Shown here: positions 41,468-51,795 of the stretch, piece after piece | Position numbering within the stretch: the stretch's first letter is position 1 | Layout of the letters: each line of letters opens with the position of its first letter | Assembly (NCBI GenBank): GCA_034530875.2 | Contig: JAVRCJ020000011.1 | Location: 32,001 to 96,000, forward strand | Length of the DNA stretch: 64,000 nucleotides | Origin: Nostoc sp. DedSLP01 | GTDB taxonomy: Bacteria; Cyanobacteriota; Cyanobacteriia; Cyanobacteriales; Nostocaceae | Reading direction: 5' to 3' | The notes under the pieces: model-generated | What the model was told of the DNA's origin: nothing | What the model saw: the letters and a program-made list of their open reading frames with translations, nothing else | Database searches by the model: none | Program-made: the position numbers and the translations under genes

Positions 41468-41506
41468 GGGGATCGGGAATAGGAACTAAGATGACTGGTG
41501 CTTTCC

Positions 41507-41545
41507 TTGACCTTTTCTATACGATACGTTAGCGTATCGTATAGA
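41507..41545 (+). promoter_or_regulatory. TetR operator palindrome overlapping a sigma70-like promoter of the MFS gene
   Basis: TCTATACGATACG-TTAG-CGTATCGTATAGA (41516-41545). TTGACC (41507-41512), a 17-nt spacer and TAGCGT (41530-41535) form the promoter. Confidence 0.75.
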
Positions 41546-41687
41546 TGTTGTGTCTAATTTGAGCTTTAGCAATAGCTAAGAAAGAAAGCTATATAACATT
41601 TGACGAATCTTAATTACGTAGCTTGCTTCTCGCGCCTTGGCGAGTATTACGAATTAGTATGACATCTTCCAAAGACTACTCGTACCG

Positions 41688-43280
41688 ATGATGGCTAGCA
41701 ATATTAAACGTTCCAGTTTTGACGAATTTGGTTATGTCTACGGGCCTTTGAAGTGGGCGATCGCTTTTACGGCTGCACTTGGTGCAATTCTAGAAGTGAT
41801 TGACACCAGTATTGTCAACGTTGCTTTAACTGATATCCAAGCGAGTCTTGGTGCAACTGTTACTGAAGTAGGTTGGGTAGTGACTGGATATGCAATCGCT
41901 AACGTTGTTTTAATTCCCTTATCTGCATGGCTGGGGGATTACTTTGGGCGCAAAACCTACTTTATCTTTTCCTTGATTGGCTTTACTGTTGCCTCAGTGT
42001 TGTGCGGTTTAGCGTTCAATTTACCGATGCTGGTGGTTTCTCGAATTATTCAAGGTTTATGCGGTGGCGGGTTGCTAGCTAAAGCACAAGCGATTTTGTT
42101 CGAGACTTTTCCACCAGCACAACAAGGTTTAGCCCAGGCAGTTTTTGGAGTCGGCGTAATTGCTGGCCCAGCCATCGGCCCGACTTTAGGCGGATTTTTG
42201 GTAGATGGTTTGGGCTGGCGCTGGATTTTCTTTGTTAATATTCCCTTTGGGATCGTTGCAGTGGCGATGTCGTTAGCATTTTTGCCCAAAGACAAAGACA
42301 AAAGCCAGGCACAAAACCAAGCGGTAGATTGGTTCGGGATTGGGTTTTTGGTAATTGCGGTTGGCTGTTTGCAAACTTTGTTAGAGGAAGGAGAGAAAGA
42401 CGATTGGTTTTCCTCTGGTTTTATTAGTACGTTAGCTATTGCTAGTGCGATGGGATTGGGACTATTTATTTGGCAGGAATTGAGAATAGCCCATCCAGCA
42501 GTTGATTTGAGAGTTTTACGTCACCGTTCTTTATCGGCTGGGAGTTTTTTATCAGCAGTGGTGGGGATGGGGCTTTATGGCGCTTTATTTGCCGTACCGA
42601 TATTTGCTCAGAGTGTGCTGCACTTTACGGCAACCCAGACAGGACTATTGTTAGCGCCTGGTGCTTTAGCATCTGCGATCGTCATGGTTTTATTAGGTAA
42701 GTTGTCCACCAAAATTGATGCCAGAATTTTAATTGCGATCGGTGCTGTTGGAACATCGGGAGTTATGTTTCAATTGGCAGCAATTACCCCGCAAAGCGGT
42801 ACAGATGATTTGTTTTGGCCGTTGGTATGGCGTGGGGCTTTTACTGTATTGATGTTTCTCCCTTTGAGTTTGGCAACTTTAGGAGGGTTACCCAAACAAG
42901 ATATTTCTGCCGGTTCTGGGTTCTACAACCTCACCCGACAACTAGGTGGTAGCATCGGCATTGCTCTACTTACCACTCTCCTCGATAGACGAGAAGCTTT
43001 TCATAGAGCCATGCTGTTGGCAAAACTTACTCCTTACGACCCAGAAACAAATCAACGCCTCGATGCACTCAACGGCGCACTCCAAAGCCAAGGCATCGAT
43101 GCAACAACGGCACAACAACAAGCACTAGCTTTATTGAGTCAAACAGTAGACACCCAAGCTGCTGTTTTGTCTTATGCAGATTGCTTTCGAGTGGTAGGTG
43201 TAGCGTTCCTTTGCTCGTTACCTTTATTACTATTCCTCGGTAAAGGTGGTGCAGGAGCAAAAGCGCCGATAGGTCACTAG
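41688..43280 (+). CDS. DHA2 (EmrB/QacA) MFS efflux permease
   Basis: DTSIVNVAL, WLGDYFGRK, GPAIGPTLGG, WRWIFFVNIP and RQLGGSIG. Confidence 0.95.
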   Translation: MMASNIKRSSFDEFGYVYGPLKWAIAFTAALGAILEVIDTSIVNVALTDIQASLGATVTEVGWVVTGYAIANVVLIPLSAWLGDYFGRKTYFIFSLIGFTVASVLCGLAFNLPMLVVSRIIQGLCGGGLLAKAQAILFETFPPAQQGLAQAVFGVGVIAGPAIGPTLGGFLVDGLGWRWIFFVNIPFGIVAVAMSLAFLPKDKDKSQAQNQAVDWFGIGFLVIAVGCLQTLLEEGEKDDWFSSGFISTLAIASAMGLGLFIWQELRIAHPAVDLRVLRHRSLSAGSFLSAVVGMGLYGALFAVPIFAQSVLHFTATQTGLLLAPGALASAIVMVLLGKLSTKIDARILIAIGAVGTSGVMFQLAAITPQSGTDDLFWPLVWRGAFTVLMFLPLSLATLGGLPKQDISAGSGFYNLTRQLGGSIGIALLTTLLDRREAFHRAMLLAKLTPYDPETNQRLDALNGALQSQGIDATTAQQQALALLSQTVDTQAAVLSYADCFRVVGVAFLCSLPLLLFLGKGGAGAKAPIGH

Positions 43281-43377
43281 CCCTAACAAGCTAATTTGTA
43301 AACAAAATTTAAAAACCCCACTCAGTTTTGAGCAGGGTTATGTAAACTTTTGTTACTAAAAATTAGAATTTTTTATT

Positions 43378-43482
43378 TTAAAAAGCGTTCATGATGGTGA
43401 TGATACTAACGCTGGTCAGCGCGATTAAAGCGCCCATAACTATAGATTCACTTAATGGATTGGGAAACTTTGAATTCTTCAT
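43378..43482 (-). CDS. Putative 34-aa single-TM small protein (not in the ORF track)
   Basis: MKNSKFPNPLSESIVMGALIALTSVSIITIMNAF*, with an AGGA about 10 nt upstream of the ATG. Confidence 0.5.
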   Translation of the reverse strand: MKNSKFPNPLSESIVMGALIALTSVSIITIMNAF

Positions 43483-43846
43483 TTAAGTAAAATCCTGTTT
43501 TTTAATTGTTTCTTAACCATATCAAAATCAGTATATATATCCATAAAAAACTCTTAAAACTTAAACAAGTGTAAAGTTTCTTAGTAAAGGCTGTAGTATT
43601 TACTTACACAATGATTTTTATGGGCATTGGGTATGGGGAAAGGGAAAGGGGTAAAGGGAAAAGATTAAATTTATATCCCTTTTCCTTTACCCTTTAACCT
43701 TTTCCCCTATCTCCCCATCTTTCCATGCCCAATGCCCCATGCCCGATGCCCAATTAATAATTACCTCATCTCCTAGCGGAATATGCGCCTTTATGCAGTA
43801 AAATAAAACTTAATCAAGGTAGAAATTATTTGAACAGAAAATTACC

Positions 43847-44572
43847 ATGACAGCCTCCACAGCAGCTAAAAACGAAACGATCGCTTTTGACTTAGAGAAA
43901 TTAAACCAGGAGTTTGAAACTGCCACTCCGAAAGAAATCTTGGCATGGTCTGTAGAAAACATCCCAACCGGACTGGTACAAACCAGCGCCTTTAACGTGG
44001 ATGACATGGTAATTACCCATATTCTTTACAGCGAGCTCAAGTTTCCTGTTCCTGTAATATTTCTCGATACCCTCTACCACTTTGATGAAACCCTAGAACT
44101 AGTTGCTAAAGCCAAAGAAATATACAACTTGGATCTGCAAACTTACAAAACTCTAGAAGCTGATAGCCCCGCAGCTTTTGAAGCCAAATTTGGCGATGCA
44201 CTCTGGCACAAAGATATTCTCAAATTCCACGACATTACCAAAATTGAACCACTACAACGCGGTTTAGACGAACTCAACAGCGTTGCTTGGATTACCGGAC
44301 GCCGCCGCGACCAAGCGGTAACCCGCGCTAATATGCCCATATTTGAATTAGACGGTAAAGGTCGTTTGAAGGTAAATCCCATAGCCACCTGGACGCGCAA
44401 AGACAGCTGGCTTTACGTAGCTGAACACGGAGTTATCTACAATCCCCTACACGACCAAGGTTATCCCAGCATCGGCGACAAACCCATCACCACCAAAGTC
44501 AAAGAAGGCGAAGACGAACGCGCCGGACGCTGGCGGGGAAGCGATAAAACAGAATGCGGAATTCATATTTAG
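43847..44572 (+). CDS. cysH: Phosphoadenosine phosphosulfate reductase
   Basis: FLDTLYHF, TGRRRDQ, GYPSIGD, RAGRW and ECGIH; no CC/CxxC Fe-S motif, so PAPS type. Confidence 0.95.
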   Translation: MTASTAAKNETIAFDLEKLNQEFETATPKEILAWSVENIPTGLVQTSAFNVDDMVITHILYSELKFPVPVIFLDTLYHFDETLELVAKAKEIYNLDLQTYKTLEADSPAAFEAKFGDALWHKDILKFHDITKIEPLQRGLDELNSVAWITGRRRDQAVTRANMPIFELDGKGRLKVNPIATWTRKDSWLYVAEHGVIYNPLHDQGYPSIGDKPITTKVKEGEDERAGRWRGSDKTECGIHI

Positions 44573-44683
44573 TAGAGAGGCGATTAATCGCGTCTGTACA
44601 ATAGTCATTTGTCATTAGTATTAGACAAAGAGATAAGTCTGATATTAGAACTTCAAAGACAAATGACTAAGGACAAAAAACAA

Positions 44684-45940
44684 ATGGCTATTAAAATCCT
44701 CCACCTTTCGGACATCCACATGGGAAGCAGCTTTTCCCACGGACGAATTAATCCAGCAACGGGATTAAATACACGATTGGAGGATTTTGTCAACACATTA
44801 TCTATATGTATTGACCGAGCGCTGGCAGAACCCGTAGATTTGGTGATATTTGGTGGCGATGCTTTCCCGGATGCGACACCACCACCCTACGTACAACAAG
44901 CTTTTGCTAGTCAGTTTCGCCGCTTGGTAGATGCCAATATTCCCACAGTGTTGTTAGTGGGGAATCATGACCAACATTCCCAAGGACTAGGAGGTGCGAG
45001 TTTATGTATTTACCGCACCTTGGGAGTGCCTGGTTTTGTTGTTGGCGATACATTGACTACTCATCGCATCGAAACTCGCAATGGCAAAGTGCAAGTAATT
45101 ACTCTTCCTTGGCTGACTCGTTCTGCACTGATGACTCGCCAAGAAACTGAGGGTTTATCTTTGGCGGAAGTCAATCAACTGTTAACAGAACGCCTGCAAG
45201 TTGTTTTGGAAGGGGAAATCCGCCGTCTTGATCCCGATGTGCCAACTGTGCTTTTGGCTCATTTGATGGCTGACAATGCTACCTTAGGAGCAGAACGCTA
45301 CTTAGCAGTAGGTAAAGGCTTTACTTTACCTTTATCTTTGTTGACGCGACCTTGTTTTGATTACGTAGCATTGGGACACGTCCATCGTCATCAAAATTTA
45401 AATAAATCCAACAACCCGCCGATAATTTATCCAGGGAGTATCGAACGGGTAGATTTTAGTGAAGAAAAAGAAGATAAAGGCTATGTGATGATAGAACTGG
45501 AACCGGGTAAGGCAGAGTGGGAATTTTGCCCGTTACCAGTTCGGGATTTTTGCACAATTGAAGTGGATATCTCGAAAGCAGACGATCCCCAAGCGGCATT
45601 AATCAAAGCGATCGCCAAGTATGATATTGAAGATGCTGTAGTGCGGTTAATTTACAAACTGCGATCGGAACAGATGGATTTAATTGAAAGTGCTTCTATA
45701 CATACTGCTTTAAGTGCAGCTCACACCTACACTATACAAGCAGAATTAGTGAGTCAATTGGCTCGACCGCGAATTCCTGAATTAAGTGCGAGTAGTAGCA
45801 TTGACCCAATGGAAGCCTTGAAAACTTACTTGAATAACCGCGAAGACCTCAAAGATATCGCAGCATCAATGCTAGAAGCTGCACAAAAGTTGCTAGCAGA
45901 TGATGTGGAAGTCTGGCTAGAAGCAACAACTAGTGAATAG
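44684..45940 (+). CDS. sbcD: Exonuclease SbcCD subunit D
   Basis: HLSDIHMG, GGDAF, GNHD, ALGHVH and YPGS metallophosphoesterase motifs. Confidence 0.92.
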   Translation: MAIKILHLSDIHMGSSFSHGRINPATGLNTRLEDFVNTLSICIDRALAEPVDLVIFGGDAFPDATPPPYVQQAFASQFRRLVDANIPTVLLVGNHDQHSQGLGGASLCIYRTLGVPGFVVGDTLTTHRIETRNGKVQVITLPWLTRSALMTRQETEGLSLAEVNQLLTERLQVVLEGEIRRLDPDVPTVLLAHLMADNATLGAERYLAVGKGFTLPLSLLTRPCFDYVALGHVHRHQNLNKSNNPPIIYPGSIERVDFSEEKEDKGYVMIELEPGKAEWEFCPLPVRDFCTIEVDISKADDPQAALIKAIAKYDIEDAVVRLIYKLRSEQMDLIESASIHTALSAAHTYTIQAELVSQLARPRIPELSASSSIDPMEALKTYLNNREDLKDIAASMLEAAQKLLADDVEVWLEATTSE

Positions 45941-45960
45941 GATAAAGCTAATTAATTTAC

Positions 45961-46086
45961 TATAGCAATCCTAAATGAGTCGTGAAAAATATGTATAGGG
46001 AAACGAACGGCGAATAACGCTAAGAACGCAAAGATAAGCAAGAAGAAAGAGATATATAATTTTCACAATGATTTAGGACTGCTATA
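45961..46086. mobile_element. MITE-like element, same family as 57039-57139
   Basis: TATAGCAATCCTAAAT ... ATTTAGGACTGCTATA TIRs. Confidence 0.75.
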
Positions 46087-46110
46087 TACTCCACTCCCCA
46101 AAATTTATTT

Positions 46111-46737
46111 ATGACGCAAATCCAAGCAAAGGTCATCGACTTAAGCTACTTAATCGATACCTTTGGTATTCAGTTAGTTTTGGATGATTCATTCTTCAGT
46201 GAATGGCAACAAGATTTACCAGAAATAAATGATTTAGATAAACAACTTTTAGATAAGGTTAAAACGGGTTATTTAAATCTTCTAAATTACCCGCCCTTAC
46301 TAGAAGATGTAGTTAGAATGGCAGTTGTAGACCCATTACTTTTTATTGGGAATTTCTATCTAGCTCCGTTTTATGTAAAATCAGAAGAATCTATAGAAAT
46401 TGCTGTGCCAGATGAAGATGTAATCATCAAAGGAAGAATAGATACCTTAGTTTTGAAAGAGCAATTCTGGGTAATGATTATTGAGTCCAAAAGAGCTTCG
46501 TTCTCAGTGGAACAAGGAATCGCACAAATTCTTGCTTATCTGTTAGGAAATCCGTATACCGATCGACCCAGTTTTGGCATGATTGCAACGGGAAGCGAGT
46601 TTATTTTCGTCAAATTAGTGAAAGGAAATCCACCCCGTTATGCTTTATCAAAGGGTTTTTTGATGCGAAACCCTGGAAATGAATTGTACGAAGTGCTAGG
46701 TATATTGAAACGCCTAACTCAGTTGGTGAGTGCTTAA
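46111..46737 (+). CDS. HsdR N-terminal-like PD-(D/E)xK nuclease-fold protein
   Basis: GRIDTLV...IIESK and QILAY; a stand-alone family that is common in cyanobacteria. Confidence 0.75.
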   Translation: MTQIQAKVIDLSYLIDTFGIQLVLDDSFFSEWQQDLPEINDLDKQLLDKVKTGYLNLLNYPPLLEDVVRMAVVDPLLFIGNFYLAPFYVKSEESIEIAVPDEDVIIKGRIDTLVLKEQFWVMIIESKRASFSVEQGIAQILAYLLGNPYTDRPSFGMIATGSEFIFVKLVKGNPPRYALSKGFLMRNPGNELYEVLGILKRLTQLVSA

Positions 46738-46860
46738 ATCTTATCGCTTGATTAAGTCTTCTGATAGAAAAGGCGATCGCTGCATCTCAAGACAAATTTT
46801 TTAGAAGTAATTTAACAAAGTTAAAATATAACAACTAGTGAATGAGGTAATAGTAGCTAT

Positions 46861-47826
46861 CTATGTCCAAGCACGGAAAAACGTACTATCTTCCCAAATA
46901 CTAGCAGTTTGCTCGGCGATCGCAGCCAATTCTTCCTCCTTGAGGGGTACAAAAGCACGCGCTAGATTGACATTATTCTCTAGTTGTGTAACTGTCTCTG
47001 CTGCAATTACACAACAATGCACCCCAAGCTGAGACATTGTATATCCCATAGCTTGTTGCATACCCGTCAACCCGCGTGATTGAAACAGCCGACCATAAGC
47101 CGGGACTTTCATGGCAATTACACCCACATTTTTTTCTCGCGCAACTGGTAAAACAACCGGGATAAATGGACGTGGATGGTGTTTGTCAGCGGCATTCACA
47201 GGAATCAGTGTAGTGTGGAAGGGATAGCGACGCAACCCTTCGGCAATTACTTGGGGATCGTGATGTCCGGTAATACCTGCGAAGCGGACGAGTTTTTGTT
47301 GTATGGCTTCTTCTAAAGCTTGAACTGCACCAGATGGACTAAAGATGGTGTCGAGTTCTTCAACAAAAGAGACGTGATGTAACTGCCACAAATCGAGGTA
47401 ATCTGTATTGAGACGTTTAAGCGATCGCTCTAATTCTCGCCATGCACCATCGCGATCTCTTTTATCGGTCTTAGTTGCTAAAAACAGCTTTGAACGATGG
47501 GGTGGTAGCACTTTGCCTAAATAATCCTCACTCGGCCCGTAATTTGCAGCAGTATCAAAGTAGCGAATACCAAGTTCCAGCGCTTTTTGAATAATTTCAG
47601 ATGCATCGCGTTCTCTTCCTTCCCAGGATAGCGGCGTTTGTCCTGCTCCTCCCAAGCCGAAGATTGGCAGATTTACTTGGCTGCGTCCCAACACTCTTTC
47701 TGGCATCGTTGCTGGGGGTGTAGGAGTGTTGGTAGTATTTTGTTGTAATGCATTAGCTATCATAATACCGCCAGTAACAGCAACACTAGTGATTAGGAAA
47801 TTACGCCGCGTTTTTCCTTCTGTCAT
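46861..47826 (-). CDS. Aldo/keto reductase with a twin-arginine signal
   Basis: TRRNFL plus a hydrophobic stretch; DTAANYG, LATK and WQLHH. Confidence 0.9.
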   Translation of the reverse strand: MTEGKTRRNFLITSVAVTGGIMIANALQQNTTNTPTPPATMPERVLGRSQVNLPIFGLGGAGQTPLSWEGRERDASEIIQKALELGIRYFDTAANYGPSEDYLGKVLPPHRSKLFLATKTDKRDRDGAWRELERSLKRLNTDYLDLWQLHHVSFVEELDTIFSPSGAVQALEEAIQQKLVRFAGITGHHDPQVIAEGLRRYPFHTTLIPVNAADKHHPRPFIPVVLPVAREKNVGVIAMKVPAYGRLFQSRGLTGMQQAMGYTMSQLGVHCCVIAAETVTQLENNVNLARAFVPLKEEELAAIAEQTASIWEDSTFFRAWT

Positions 47827-48028
47827 AGTTGGCTTTGGGGGCGAAATTACCTTTATTTTAAGATGTTAGCCAGGAAGAATTAATTTCAGCCAATAAATCT
47901 ATCCTGAGGCTAGTGTTGTAAATAATGGTAATTAATGTTTTGCTTTTGATAGTGAAATAGCGATGGCTACGCCAATGCCAAAGGCGAACGTACTGTTTTT
48001 TCTAGTTTAGCTTTGAGGAGCGATCGCC

Positions 48029-49183
48029 TTACTTCTTGCTAACAGTATTTTTTTGTGCGTAGTTGAGATTTTTCTGATATTCTATAATTTTTTTCTGGGC
48101 TATTGCATAATTTTGACTAGAAGATGGGACACTTTTCATAAGTGCGATCGCTCCTTCCCATTCACCCACAACTGCTTTCCATTCTTCTGGAGATTTTGCT
48201 GATTGAGTAAGGTTAGCTGCATTGATTGCTTTATTTACTGCCTCTCGAAATGTATCAGTTTGGAGTAATACAGTAGGTGATTGTGAAGTTACTGGTGAGG
48301 GTGAAACTAATGTATTTTTTGATGGAGTTTATGTTTTGATTTTAGGCAATATAGTAATATTTTCTAATAATTGTAAAGACACATATATTACTAGAGGAAT
48401 TAATAACGCCACAAAAATTAATAGCCTGTTTTTACTTGAAATATGATATCTTCGCTGATTATTGGTAGCTTTTTCTTCTTCATTAGATAAAACATTAGAT
48501 TTTATTCGATTTGCAACCATCTCTACAGACAATTTATTAAATTCTTTGTCTGTTTCTATATTAGTGGTTAATTTATCTGTATTTATCTCTTTTTTGCCAG
48601 AATAAGCAGATATTATTTGACGCCTTACCAAATACTCTATTTGATAAGTTAATGCAGCGCCAAAAATATAAAAGCAACTAAACATTAATATTAAATTATG
48701 TTGATTTTGTATGTATGCTTCAAGTGATTGAGTGAAGCTAAGATTCAGAAATGGTAAAAATAATGTCGAAAAGAAAATTGCTATCAGTGTAGAAATTACA
48801 ATGACAAGCCAAGCGTATAACCCCTCCTACCAACTCATAATTCCTGGTAATAATCCTTCAGTTTTACCTACTTCTGGTGCTTGAATTTCTGATATAAACT
48901 TACTCACAAACCAATGTAAGCAGTGGTGAGTAAAAGAAACTATTGGAATTGGAGATAGGAATAACAAAATTGTAAACATCACAAATAATTCTGGGCTGTT
49001 TACAAAATATGCAATGCGGTAGCCTACGTTTCCAGTTCTATTGATTACAAACATAATAACTTTCAAAAAAAAGAAAGCTAAAATAAATGCTTTTAACCAA
49101 GAACTAGGATAAGGAAACCACAAAGGCCAGTATATTTTTTGTAATTTTTGCTTAGTAGGCTCTAAAAAATTAGGTTGCGGCAT
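48029..49183 (-). pseudogene. Membrane protein gene interrupted by two in-frame stop codons
   Basis: One continuous frame: MPQPNF...MSW*EGLYAW (TAG 48827-48829)...KIKT*TPSK (TAA 48329-48331)...FREAVNKAINAANLTQSAKSPEEW...KK*. Confidence 0.85.
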
Positions 49184-49343
49184 AACCAAGAAACACGAAT
49201 CAATAATAAAACATCGTGTATCTTAGGATTCCCGATTTAGAGATAAAAGCAACAGACAAATTTTCCAAATATATCTTTAAAATCTATATAGGTTTATTAA
49301 ATTTATTTATGTGTTGGTGTCTAAAAACTAGTTAAAATTAATA

Positions 49344-49856
49344 CTACCGTTCTTTAGTAATAACGCAATTATCATTGCTAATACTTACTTTGTTAATCCA
49401 AAAATCTGTAGTTTTTGATAAAATATCATTGATTATTTGATTAGCAATATTTTCAAAATCTTGGTTTTTTAATTTGCGGACGCTATCACCGTTTAAATTA
49501 ATAGAAACAGTTAGCAATTGAGAATTATTAGAAAATTCTTCATGCTCTAATTCTGCTTCTGCTAAATCTAGTTCAAATTCTTGACTCCAAGCTGGAAAGT
49601 CCTTATCTATCTGCTGTCCGTAAATCTTGACTTGTTGAATAGATGCAGACCCTAAATTAGTGAATCCTTTACGGAAAAATGGAACCCAAGTTTCCCGATC
49701 TGGTACTTCCGTAGATTCTAGTATTACCTCCAAGCAAGCATCATTGAAAGCAACTTTTCCAGCGATCCCTTTGGGTTGTAGATGGCGGTTTATCAGAGAT
49801 GCGATCGCTTCTACATCTCCCTGTTTTGCAAGTTCCACAATATTTCGTTGCGTCAT
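49344..49856 (-). CDS. Conserved cyanobacterial hypothetical protein
   Basis: LAKQGDVEAIASLINRHLQPKGI...VKIYGQ...PAW N-terminal domain. Confidence 0.8.
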   Translation of the reverse strand: MTQRNIVELAKQGDVEAIASLINRHLQPKGIAGKVAFNDACLEVILESTEVPDRETWVPFFRKGFTNLGSASIQQVKIYGQQIDKDFPAWSQEFELDLAEAELEHEEFSNNSQLLTVSINLNGDSVRKLKNQDFENIANQIINDILSKTTDFWINKVSISNDNCVITKER

Positions 49857-50235
49857 AACCAGTAAAAGAGAAAATCAAAAGAAAATAACCTTATATTCTT
49901 AGGATTCCCTCTAAACAGACTTAAGTAACATTATGATGCAACGTCTCAACAGTCTAAAGATTTAATGTCTAATATAAAAAAGGAGTCAGAATTCAGAATT
50001 CAGAATTTCTCCGACTCCGAGACCATAGTTTTGATAATTGCTAGAAAATCAAGCAGGCGTAACACTCTTAATTTTGCAGCTATTCTGATTCTCCGAATTT
50101 ATCAACGGCAAAAGCCGTATAAGAGAGTTATCTGTCAATTCTGAATTCTGACTCCTGAATTCTGATTCAAAACCTATTGTTTTCTGTGCTAGCCAAATTA
50201 CTCCGATTAATATTAATTTCATTCAAATCTGAAAT

Positions 50236-50901
50236 ATGAAGATTTATCAACATCATGCTTGGCCTGCAACTGTAGAAGAAGCCATAGTTATTCAAGAACA
50301 GTTGCGAAATCAGGTAATTACGTCGGATAAATTTCAAGAACCCGTGCAGTACGTCGCCGGGGTGGATATGGGTTTTGAAGCCGACGGTACTATTAGCCGT
50401 GCAGCTGTGGCAGTACTGAGTTTTCCTGACTTGCAAGTAATTGAGACGAGCCTAGCACACCGCCCGACAACCTTTCCTTATATTCCTGGTTTCCTATCAT
50501 TTCGGGAAATTCCTGCTGTTCTTGATGCTTTAGAGAAAATTAAAACAACACCAGATTTAATTCTGTGCGATGGTCAGGGAATTGCCCATCCGCGAAGATT
50601 CGGTATAGCTAGCCATTTGGGAGTACTAGTGGATATGCCGACAATTGGTGTAGCTAAATCATTGTTGATCGGTAAGCATGAAGAATTACCAGAAGCTAGA
50701 GGTAACTGGCGATCGCTCGTACATAAAGGTGAAATAATTGGAGCAGTTTTGCGATCGCGTACAGGAGTAAAACCACTGTACGTATCCAGCGGCCATCGCA
50801 TTAGTTTACCGACAGCAATTGACTACGTATTACGCTGCACTCCGAAATATCGCTTACCAGAAACTACACGTATTGCTGATAAATTAGCATCTGCAAGATA
50901 A
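50236..50901 (+). CDS. nfi: Endonuclease V
   Basis: AGVD, PYIPGFLSFRE, DGQGIAHPRRFG, GVAKS and RLPETTR. Confidence 0.97.
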   Translation: MKIYQHHAWPATVEEAIVIQEQLRNQVITSDKFQEPVQYVAGVDMGFEADGTISRAAVAVLSFPDLQVIETSLAHRPTTFPYIPGFLSFREIPAVLDALEKIKTTPDLILCDGQGIAHPRRFGIASHLGVLVDMPTIGVAKSLLIGKHEELPEARGNWRSLVHKGEIIGAVLRSRTGVKPLYVSSGHRISLPTAIDYVLRCTPKYRLPETTRIADKLASAR

Positions 50902-51009
50902 AGGTTATTGAAGTTTTTTTTAAACACTTGCTTGTGCCTGGTTAATCGTGTTAGGAATCGCACAGAAAGAAGTTGAAGTAGCTAAAATACGAGTTAAAAA
51001 GTTAGAACA

Positions 51010-51588
51010 ATGAACGCACTAACTTTACAGTGGCACGATGCAGGTGCAGATAAAACTCAGAACATTTACGAACAACAGCCAAGTAAAAATCCTGGTACCG
51101 TTCGCATCGGCCGCGATCCTCTCCGGTGCGATATTGTTCTGAGTAATCCTACTGTATCTGGTTTGCATATTGAAATATTTTTTCATCCCCAGCAACAGCA
51201 GTTTTATGTTAGGAACTTGCGATCGCAAAATCCCCCACTAATCGATGGACGCCAACTAGTCCAAGGTGAACTAGCTTTAGCTGAAGGCACTAGTATCTCT
51301 TTGGGGCAAATACAACTCAAAGTTACTAGTGTTTCCACAGGCAATATTCCCGCAACAATTTTGATGCCACCGCAACCGCCAGCGGTAAACTCCCATCCAC
51401 CAGTCAATATCGGAAATCATCATCACCATCATCCAGTAATACCCCCCGCACCACCACAAGGAGTTTATGGTTTAAAATGTCCCAAATGTTACAAAGTTTC
51501 CCCACCAGAGAATCTGCAAATTGGCTGTCCTTGGTGCGGTACATCTTTGGCAGCCGCAGTGAGTGTGTTAGTAGCACCTGGGAGTTAG
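51010..51588 (+). CDS. FHA domain protein with a Pro/His-rich linker and a C-terminal zinc ribbon
   Basis: IGRD...VSGLH...N FHA motif; CPKC...CPWC. Confidence 0.88.
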   Translation: MNALTLQWHDAGADKTQNIYEQQPSKNPGTVRIGRDPLRCDIVLSNPTVSGLHIEIFFHPQQQQFYVRNLRSQNPPLIDGRQLVQGELALAEGTSISLGQIQLKVTSVSTGNIPATILMPPQPPAVNSHPPVNIGNHHHHHPVIPPAPPQGVYGLKCPKCYKVSPPENLQIGCPWCGTSLAAAVSVLVAPGS

Positions 51589-51795
51589 GGAGATGGGGAG
51601 ATGGGGAGGTGGGGAGATGGGGAGGTGCGGGAGGTGTGGGAGGAGAGGGGAGTGTGTGAGCAAGGAGAAGAGGGACAAGCATAAATTCTCTTTCCCCCAC
51701 ACTTCCCACACTCCCCACACTCGCAATGCCCAATGCCCCATACCCAATGCCCCATACCAAATGCCCCATACCAAATGACCAATGACTAATGACCA

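Noticed and set aside
46111..46737. Type I restriction-modification or SbcD-linked defence system
   Set aside because: No helicase domain, hsdM/hsdS or sbcC nearby; this is a stand-alone nuclease-fold gene
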